Below are positions 55,222-64,000 of a DNA stretch of 64,000 nucleotides, in pieces (position 1 is the stretch's first letter; every line of letters begins with the position of its first letter). A program made the translations under genes and the position numbers. The notes beneath the pieces were generated by a model. The model did no database searches. It was given only the letters and a program-made list of their open reading frames with translations, and was not told where the DNA came from. Origin of the DNA: Octopus vulgaris (lineage: Eukaryota); assembly GCA_951406725.2 (NCBI GenBank), contig OX597815.1, positions 32,240,001-32,304,000 on the forward strand, read 5' to 3'.

Positions 55222-55282
55222 ATATACAAGGACGGCCAAAACGCCGGGGAGAAAGTGAGAAATTTTACCAAAAAGAGATACA
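55222..55282 (+). CDS. FBXO41: FBXO41-like exon
   Basis: cttttcgacag|AT acceptor and CA|gtaagc donor. (N)IQGRPKRRGESEKFYQKEI resembles the recalled vertebrate FBXO41 segment LKPRQRGKKESKEEY. Phase 1 in, phase 2 out. Confidence 0.8.
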
Positions 55283-55317
55283 GTAAGCAACCTCGATATA
55301 ATTCGCGCACGCGCATG

Positions 55318-55352
<35 letters not shown>

Positions 55353-55405
55353 ATGTATGTATGTATGTATGTATGTATGTATGTATGTATGTATATGTAT
55401 GTATG

Positions 55406-55475
<70 letters not shown>

Positions 55476-55478
55476 TGT

Positions 55479-55518
<40 letters not shown>

Positions 55519-55539
55519 ACGCTCGGAAAGTGAGAAAGT

Positions 55540-55575
55540 CTTTTACGTTTCGAGCCTACGCTCTTCGACAGAAAG
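55540..55575 (-). ncRNA. Minimal hammerhead motif with A6U substitution
   Basis: Minus strand: cttt-CTGTCGA-a gagc gtag gctc-GAA-AC GT-A-aaag. Confidence 0.6.
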
Positions 55576-55651
55576 GAACACAGAAATAAACGGAGAGAAA
55601 ATAGAAAAAGGTTTAGTGGCTAGCGATCTATCATGGCGAATGCCGGACAGA

Positions 55652-55712
<61 letters not shown>

Positions 55713-55849
55713 GTTGCAAAAAAGCACCTACAATTGCTAACTCGAACATCCACACAAAAGCACTAGCCTCATGAAGTATTCGGGACTGTGAGCAGCAAGC
55801 CACAGCTTTCTTTGGCGAGATACACTCACAGAATGAAGTAGTTTGATAA

Positions 55850-55891
55850 AACCTTATCACGTGATTTCGAAATTGTTTTTCGTCAGAGGTT
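55850..55891 (-). ncRNA. Type-I hammerhead motif, canonical core; degenerate inverted copy at 56193-56250 (+)
   Basis: Minus strand: aacct-CTGACGA-aaaacaatttc-GAA-ATCACGTGAT-A-aggtt. Perfect 5 bp stem I and palindromic stem III; stem II is weak. Confidence 0.7.
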
Positions 55892-56609
55892 TCCACAATT
55901 ACTCCAGGTTAAAAGAGATAGCCTGCCTCCCATTCGTTCATGATAAAAAAAAACCTTTGAAAAGCGAGCGCTAAAATTCAAAATGGTTAAAGTGTATAGT
56001 AACATACAATAAGATATTATAATAATATATCAAGATATATTAAATACATTGTAATACAGGTGTCTATAACGATTAAAACCAAAAAGGTAAAATGAATAAA
56101 CTGTTTTGAATTTTAGCGCCAGCTTTTCAACAGTTTTTTCTTATGAATGAATGGGAGGCAGGCTGTCTCTTTTAACGCGGAATAATTGTAGAAACCTCTG
56201 ACGAGAAAAAAGATCATCTTCATCAAATTTCAAAATCCCGTGATAAGGTTTTATCAAACTACTTTATTCTGTGAGTGTATCTCGCCAAAGAAAGAAATTG
56301 TGGCTTGCTGCTCGCATTCCCGAATATTTCATGAGGTTAGTGCTTTTGTGTAGCTGTCCGAGTTAAATTTTAGCTCTCATTTCTAGCAATTTTAGGTGCT
56401 ATTTGCACCCATGTTTATAAATTTTACCTTTTTGGTTTTAATTGCTATAGCCACCTATATTATAATGTATTTAATATATCTTAATGTATTAATATATTAT
56501 TATAATATTATATTGTATGTTACTATATATATATATATATTTACACACATATGCGATGGTTTTTGGTAAGTAGTGTCGATTTTTACAAATCTGTAAATGG
56601 TAATATTTT

Positions 56610-56912
56610 ATAAGCTTAAAGCTTACAAGCAATTACCGTGTACTGACGAACGAAAATAGTCTAATATTGGAGCATGTAAGCCCTCTACGGATAAAGCAGG
56701 GTCTCCTTATGCATGGAACTCGAACCCACAGCTCTTCGTTTTCTCGTCAAGTGTGTTACCATTACACACTTGTGAAAACAAAGAGCTGTCAGCTAGACTC
56801 CCATGCGTACGGAAACCCTGCTTTTTTCCGTCGAGGTCTTATATGCCCCGATATTAGACTATTTTTTGTAGTCAGTATGCGGTGAACTTTTGTAAGCTTT
56901 AAGCTTATAGAA

Positions 56913-56918
<6 letters not shown>
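56610..56918. repeat. ~310 bp foldback palindrome
   Basis: Arms pair imperfectly from taatattttataagcttaaagcttacaa inward to aagtgtgt-taccatt-acacactt. Confidence 0.88.
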
Positions 56919-56943
<25 letters not shown>

Positions 56944-57015
56944 AAAGAGAGGGAGAGAGAAGTCGAAAATGCACTGGGATTCGTTCAGATTTTTGGGGGT
57001 TTTTTTTATTTCAAA

Positions 57016-57056
57016 AACTTAACCGGTTTCACATATTTCTCTGATTTTCAAAAGTT
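57016..57056 (-). ncRNA. Degenerate minimal hammerhead motif (U3-A8)
   Basis: Minus strand: aactt-TTGAAAA-tca gagaaata tgt-GAA-AC cg GT-T-aagtt. Confidence 0.5.
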
Positions 57057-57916
57057 GATATTGAAAGATGTGGAGCTAGGCTACAACTTGCTTCTGGTTG
57101 GAATTTAAAAATTCTTTTGTTTTTTTTTTTTATAGAGAGGACATGGTTCAAATTAGCATCTGTTTTGGATGCGTTTTCATTGGTCGAGAATGATCATGTG
57201 ATCAGGTTAAGAAATTTTGGCTAGTGCTCCTCTACGTCCGTTTTTTAATGTCATGTGATAATATGTTTAGCGCCATTACTTAAAGCTGTTGTTGTTGAGT
57301 GAACACATCTAGTGACAATCCCTAACAATCAAAGCTGTCTGAATTTTATCTGTCAAATGCAATAGAGAAAGATCAGTTGGTTAGTAGTAATCTGAGAAAT
57401 TTTAGTAAGTTCCATAGTAAGTTCGTGCGTTAATATCATGTTTTTTGCGCCGAATATCAAGGCTGGCACTGTTGAGTGAACATGTTTCGTAACAGTCCCA
57501 AAATAAGGTTTTGTTGAGTGATAGAGTTGACAGGAGTCGGTTCTATGTTACCTGATGGTTAAATAGTTATGGTTTGTGTCTATGTACGCAGACGCCAAAT
57601 TTTGCTATTAAATGATTTTCGGCGCAAAAAATATACTCACATGATCTATCGGTCAGTCAGTTGGCTGGATGTTCGGTAGGTAGGAAGGTAGGTAGGTAGG
57701 TAGGTAGGCAGGCAGGTAGGTGCAACCCAGACCACTAGAATTTATTTATTGACAGCATTCATATATTAGCCTTAAGTTAATAGAAAGGTAGGTAGTTAAG
57801 TGTATGGATTGTACATATGTTTGTTTATTTCTTCTGCAAGTTTATCAAAAATCAAAGAGCAAGATACTTTAATTGTGGTAACACCCAAAATACATTTTTC
57901 TTTTAAATATTCACAG

Positions 57917-58015
57917 AGGCAGCTTGGAGCAAGGTCTGGAAACTGTCTTAATAAGTGCTGAAGGAAGTCTCCAAAAACTTACAATCACAAACTGTGGACC
58001 TGTATTTACAGAAAG
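57917..58015 (+). CDS. FBXO41: FBXO41-like exon
   Basis: tattcacag|A acceptor and AG|gtattt donor. GSLEQGLETVLISAEGSLQKLTITNCGPVFTE resembles recalled GCLEAGLESLLKAAGGNLLILRISHCPNILTD. Phase 2 in and out. Confidence 0.85.
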
Positions 58016-58170
58016 GTATTTTTATCTTACTTCTTTATTCTTCCTCTATCTTCTCTTTGTAAGAATTAAATTTAGGATTAAATTTATTATGTGACAACTA
58101 CAGCATTTCTTGCAGCTCACTATATCCTGAATTCCAATCCTGCTGACGTCAACTTTTCCTTTCATCTTTT

Positions 58171-58587
58171 GGATCTTTTCGGTTTGAACGGCAGTTTTTA
58201 ACATAATTTCTAGGTAACTAAAAAATTTCAAACTTCGTATACTGGTAGAATGTGTTTATAAAGCATCTTTTTCTCTTGGCTTTATTGAGAAAATTCTATA
58301 GTTTGTAAGATATTTGTTGTTGTTTTTTTTTTCTTAAATTTCTGCAATTTCAACCAATCAGTGACATCTATTGAGTTAAAACGCATTCTGTGCTGTAGGA
58401 ATATGTCCCCCGTTTAAGAAACAGATTGGATTTATTTACATTTGTGAAGAAAAAAAAAGATACCCTTCCCCCACCCCTAACCCTAAAAGAGATTGAAATG
58501 CAATAGATCGATTCTATGGTCATAATTATGAGTGACAATTTCATATGACACCGCTAGAAAAAACTGCCGTTCAAACCGAAAAGATCC
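58171..58587. mobile_element. MITE with 8 bp TSD (hAT- or Merlin-type) inserted in a SINE
   Basis: TIRs GGATCTTTTCGGTTTGAACGGCAGTTTT and its reverse complement. TSD catctttt / cacctttt. Confidence 0.88.
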
Positions 58588-59118
58588 CACCTTTTCAAGG
58601 TCAATAAAATTAAATGCCAGTCAAGTATTGGGGTTAACGTAATTGACTAAACTCCCCATCTCACTAAAATTGCTGGCTTTTTGCCAAAAATTGAAGTCAA
58701 GTCAGCGAGTTTGCAGAATCATTAGCGATTGAAACAAAATGCTTGGCAGCGTTTCTTCCAGCTCTTTATGTGCTAAGTTCAAATCCTGCCAACGTTAACT
58801 TTGCTTTTCATCCTTTCAAAGGTTGATAAAATAGTGTATTTGTCAAGTACTAGGATCACGGTAATAACTAACACCACACTACAAATTAAACAGCCTTGTG
58901 CCAAATTATAAAACCGTTATCATTGTTGAGCTAGCAGAACCGTTGGCACGCCAGGTGAAATGCTTAGCATTTCTCTGTCTTCACGACACTTAGTTGTGGA
59001 CAAACGAAGAATATTGTTTACAAAGAGGATTTGTAAAGATAGCACCATGAATGTGTTATATAAATGTTTACATATATATTGTTCGATAAGGTACACTGTA
59101 GTTTGGCACTATCAAAAA

Positions 59119-59516
59119 TCTTTATATATAAAAGTGAAGTTGTGTGTCTGTCTCCTACGATTTAGATTCCTAACTACTCCCACATTTTGCGGTGCAGTTT
59201 AACCAAAACCGGGTATCTTATAGTCGTGATTCATATCGAGCCCTTCTGGGTATTAGCGCGCGTCTACGATGAGTCTACGATTTAAAACAAAATTTACCAT
59301 AATTTTTTTCCATTTTAATGCATTTTTTCGCTATTATATAAGGGAAGTAACTCTCTAAAAATGTCTACGATGAGTCAACGATTTTTAAAAAAATTTACTA
59401 TCATTTTTTTTCCATTTTTAATGCATTTTTTTGATATTTTTTGGCTATAACTCTCTAAAAATGCTTATATAGTTATTTCCCTTACAAACCCGAGCAACGC
59501 CGGCCGATACTGCTAG
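59119..59516 (+). mobile_element. Non-autonomous Helitron, same family
   Basis: A|TC...cccgagcaacgccggc...CTAG|T. Near-identical to 11625-12005. Confidence 0.9.
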
Positions 59517-59984
59517 TAATGAATAAAAATAAGTGTATTACAACTTAAATTATCTCGATTTACACCCTGCTCTTATCACCCATCGTAGATGGGTAAGTTT
59601 GCTAGTAATGATAATCATAATAATCCTTTCTACTACAGGCACAAGGCCTGAAATTTGGGGAAGGGGACTAGTTGATTACATTGACCCCAGCACTTGACTG
59701 GTACTTAATTTATTAGAATTATTATCACAATTTATTAGATTTATTATCACAATTATTATGGTGATTGATGAATTTGGAAAATTTTAAGAATGTTCAACAT
59801 AATTCTTTGCAATATTTATTCAACCCTTTACATTCTGAGTTCAATCCTGCTAAGATCAACTTTACTTTTGGTTCTTCTGGAGTTTATAAAGTAAAGTGCC
59901 AATCAATTACTAAGATTGTTTTAATTGACTAAACCTTACCCCAAAATTTGAGTCTATGTTAGGAATCATTATTATTATTTATTA

Positions 59985-60453
59985 TCGAAATCAAACTCAG
60001 TGACTGGCAACCATTGCTAGTGGAGTGCTGAGAGTACCATACGAGTGAGATCGTTGCCAGAGCAACAAGCTGGCCTTCGTGCCGATGGCACGTTAAAAAC
60101 ACCATTCGAGCGTGATCGTTACCTGCATCGCCTTAATAGCACTTGTGCTGGTTGCACGTGAAAAAAAAAATTCGAGCAAGGTCGTTGCCAGTGCCGCTGG
60201 ACTGCCTCCTGTGCAGGTGGCACATAAAAAGCACCATTTGAGCATGGTCGTTGCCAGTACCACCTAACTGGCCCTTGTGCCGGTGGCACGTAAAAGCACG
60301 CACTACACTCTTGGAATAGTTGGCGTTAGGAAGGGCATCCAGCTGTAGAAACTCTGCCAGATCAGATAGGAGTCTGGTTCGCCAGACCTCAGTCAAATCG
60401 TCCAACCCATGCTAGCATGGAAAGCGGACGTTAAACGATGATGATGATGATGA
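59985..60453 (+). mobile_element. Retroposon sharing the RTE-like 3' tail; another fragment at ~61770-61927 (-)
   Basis: Internal ggtggcacgtaaaa repeats and the same 3' end as 39400-39605. Confidence 0.8.
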
Positions 60454-60835
60454 TAGTTTTGCTAACTGACAAAGGAACAAGTACCAGTGATGTAATCGAG
60501 TCGATCAAATTGACTCCACTCCACCTATGTACTTATCCAAAAAAATTTGAAATTTTTGTAGTTGTTATGTTGTTAATATTTTGTTGCTTTAAGGTGGTGA
60601 GCTGTCAGAATGGACAAAATTCTTAGTGGCATATCGTCCGTCTTTACATTCTGAATACAAATTCCCCTGAGATCAAACTTCATCCTCTCAGAGTTGATAA
60701 AATAAGTACTAGTAGAGCACTGGGGTTGATATAATTGACTTACCCCTCCCTCAAAATTGCTGGCATTGTGCCAAAATTTGAAATCAATATTTTGTTGTTT
60801 TAAAGGAAAAAATACAAACTACAATCTTATTTCAG

Positions 60836-60985
60836 GAGCTTGTGGCTTGTTTCTTGTTATGCTCGCCTATTGGAGGAGTTTACATATCACAGTGCCCTGC
60901 ATCCACCAACAGCTGAAGTACTCTGGGCCCTTGCCAGTGGATGTCGAGATATCACAAAGCTTGACCTTAGTCCAATCAACCCAAG
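60836..60985 (+). CDS. FBXO41: FBXO41-like exon; gene continues beyond the window
   Basis: cttatttcag|G acceptor and AG|gtaatg donor. RSLWLVSCYARLLEEFTYHSALHPPTAEVLWALASGCRDITKLDLSPINP resembles recalled RSLWLASCYCRALQAVTYRSATDPVGHEVIWALGAGCREI. Confidence 0.88.
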
Positions 60986-63006
60986 GTAATGAAAAGACAT
61001 TTTTCAACATAGCTTTCTAAAATACTAGAATAAGGAGCTAAGAATGTGCAATGAACAAAAATCAAAAGTAGATGCAAATTTATTTCATTTTTGTATTTGA
61101 TTTACAAGATTCTTGGTGTGAACACGTGTGTTGAAACATATTTTATTGTATCTCAGGAGGGTCATTGTGCCAATAATAAACATGCACTAGTTTTATTTCA
61201 CTTCTTTTATTACTATTATAAGTCAATTAGTTAACCATTTAACTAAGTGATTGCTTGATTAATCATTCAATTAAACAATCAGTCAGCTAGTTTTGCCAAA
61301 GTCTTTTCATGACCTTCTCACTGATACACCCACTCTGCTTCAGGTTTGCTTCAAATCTGTCTGTCTCCCAAACTGAATGACTGATGGTATGATGCTCAGT
61401 TTTATATAAAGTGTTATGTTGTGTCATTGGAATGAACTGTTTAATCTGCTTACTTCAATTTATTCTGCTAAAAATAGGTAATGTTGTTATTTCACAGTTG
61501 ATTAATTAGCAGCATTCATTTATATAAAGTATTCATTTTAGCAATTATTTTACAAATGTTCAAATTAACATATATCAAAGAACTATTCTTCTGTGTCTTC
61601 AACTCAATCACTTTAAGAAAATAGGTCTTGACACATGCAAATGAAGAGATGATTGTGCTGACTCAGGGCATGTCATGCGAGTAAACATGTGCTTCAATGA
61701 ACAAAAAAAGGAAAATAAGAGACAAATTCTGACTGTACCTAGCAGAGGAATAGTCTAAATTGGATCTTAAATCATCATCATTTAATGTCTGTCTGTCTGT
61801 CTTCCTTGCTGGACAGTTTGACAGGAGCCTGCAGACCAGAAGAATGTGCCAAGCTCCACTCTCTGCTTTGGCATGGCTCCTATAGTTGGATGCCCTTCTT
61901 AATGCCAACCACTTTGCAGAGTGTACTCAATTCTTTAAAATAAATTAAAGAGGGTATATTTCTAAATAAGAATAAACCTGGAGAACCCATAGAATAACGT
62001 CAAATAGGTAATAAACCTAACAAGTCTTTTATAAGGAATAATGTTTTGCAACAGCAAAAATATAATGTCTAAATAGCCTAAGGTACTGAACTGCTGATCA
62101 TATCATAATTAGCAATTCATGTACCCCTGGGCAGGACACATTTTATGACTTGTTTTAGTTGGCCAACTGATAAAGCACACACTTTCTACAACTGACAATT
62201 TCAGTTATTAAAACAACTGCACCAACAAAATCAACCCACCCATATTAACATAGCAAAATGAATGTAAAATAGCAAAAATATTTGTGAGATTGCATAGATA
62301 GAAATAGCTTGAGAGAACTGATAAAGATTTTAAAAATAATTAATTGATAGCATTCTAGAAGTCAATACAAATGGAAGCTGAGAATAGTAGCAGTAATAAT
62401 AAATATGATAATAATAATAATAATTGCAGCAGAAATTCTGTGGCTGCAGTCAAAATATTCTCTGGGGGTATTATTTGGCTGTGTTCCATAATCACTAGAA
62501 CTTTCCCAAAGTTGCTTCTAGTAATAAGTTATCAAGAATGTATTGATGTAGTATAAGTCTTTAAATAATAAATACAATGGAATCTGAACTGATGGGACTG
62601 ATAGATCTTATTTGCATGTGTGTGTGTGTGTGTGTGTGTGTGTTTGTTTGTCTCTGTAGCTAACTGTGAATATATTTCTGTGAGTGTTTGTATATTTTAT
62701 ATATTTGACACCTGAAATGTTTTTCCAGCGCCAGTTTTGGTATTAGCGAACATAGGAGTAGCTCACCAGCATTCATTATCCTATCTGTCAATTTTGGGGT
62801 GATCAGAAGCAATAAAGCTTTTAACTGTTCCATTACTTCCCAGTTGCCCTTCTTTGATTCCAGGGCTTAGAAAACACAATGTTGTTTTAAAAAAAAACAA
62901 TAAACAGATAAATAAAGGAACATATAAATACATGGATAAATGTTGTACAACACATGTACCAATAATAGGATGGTCAATAAGCTCCTAGTAAGTTAAGTTT
63001 GCTATA

Positions 63007-63425
63007 CTCTCTTTCTCTCTTTTACTCTCTTTTACTTGTTTCAGTCATTTGACTGTGGCCATGCTGGAGCACCGTCTTTAATCGAGCAACTCGACCCCAG
63101 GACTTATTCTTTTGTAAGCCCAGTACTTATTCTATCGGTCTCTTTTGCCGAACCGCTAATTAACAGGGACATAAACACATCAGCATTGGTTGTCAAGCAA
63201 TGTTAGGGGGACAAACACAGACACACAAACACACACACGCATATATATATATATATACATATATACGACGGGCTTCTTTCAGTTTCCATCTACCAAATCC
63301 ACTCACAAGGATTTGGTCGGCCCGTGACTATAGTAGAAGACACTTGCCCAAGGTGCCACACAGTGGGACTGAACCCGGAACCATGTGGTTAGTAAACAAG
63401 CTACTTACCTCACAGCCACTCCTGT
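63007..63425 (-). mobile_element. SINE family A copy
   Basis: Aligns with 458-970. Confidence 0.9.
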
Positions 63426-63699
63426 GTCTGGTTCAATTCTTTATCAAGCCATTTCACTTTACGTATTAATTGTACTAGAACAATCTGATCAAAATCATAG
63501 ACTAAGAGTATGGGAGTTTCTGCCAAACTTACCAATCCTTGATACACTACAGAAAGATATAAAGATAAGTCAAGGAAGAAATATTTAAGTGCTCACACAA
63601 CTTGCTAGAAATAGCAGCTAAATGTTGACTACACTCAAATATTTGTATGTAGCAAGGAGGCCTGTGTATGCATGCTTCTTCCTCCATAACTCTACCCAT

Positions 63700-63906
63700 T
63701 TAGAGTTCCTCTTGCATGTTTTCCCATCAATTACTAGCCCGCTTGAATCAAACAATCATTGCCAGTTATTCGTGTTTCAAAGTCTCAAGAAAAGCCAGAA
63801 AATACTATATACTTTTCTTGAGACTTTGAAACACGAATAACTGGCAATGATTGTTTGATTCCAGTGGGCTAGTAATTGATAGGAAAACATGCAAGGGGAA
63901 CTCTAA
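63700..63906. repeat. Inverted repeat, 95 bp arms with 17 nt loop
   Basis: 63700-63794 pairs with 63812-63906. Confidence 0.9.
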
Positions 63907-64000
63907 GTGCTTATTTTCCACTTCAGCTTAACAAATAAAACAATGACTTTTTTTTATCAGAGGAAAAAATGCAGAGTCTATGGCCTTTTGCAGGCCCTTT

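Overview
AT-rich, microsatellite-dense animal genomic DNA. The SINE repertoire and repeat landscape resemble Octopus (inferred from recalled repeat families, not from a search). Most ORFs in the track are microsatellite or SINE artefacts. The real coding signal is spliced and on the + strand. (i) Exons 3968-4127, 6086-6224, 24222-24383 and a giant ~6.3 kb exon 26271-32576 encode a disordered Ser/Asp/Lys-rich protein with 13 tandem ~61-67 aa repeats and two mutually compensating frameshifts. (ii) Five phase-consistent exons (50833-60985) encode an F-box plus C-terminal region resembling FBXO41, and may belong to the same gene as (i). Introns hold tRNA-derived SINEs, mariner elements and MITEs, Helitrons, RTE-like LINE fragments and a tRNA-iMet pseudogene. 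The most notable signal is a set of sequence-unrelated short elements, many embedded in (TA)n and arranged as inverted or tandem repeats, that each carry a type-I hammerhead ribozyme motif. Some are canonical and some carry core variants such as U3-A8. A Penelope RT-thumb/GIY-YIG relic lies nearby. Together these point to diverse Penelope-derived, ribozyme-bearing foldback elements.
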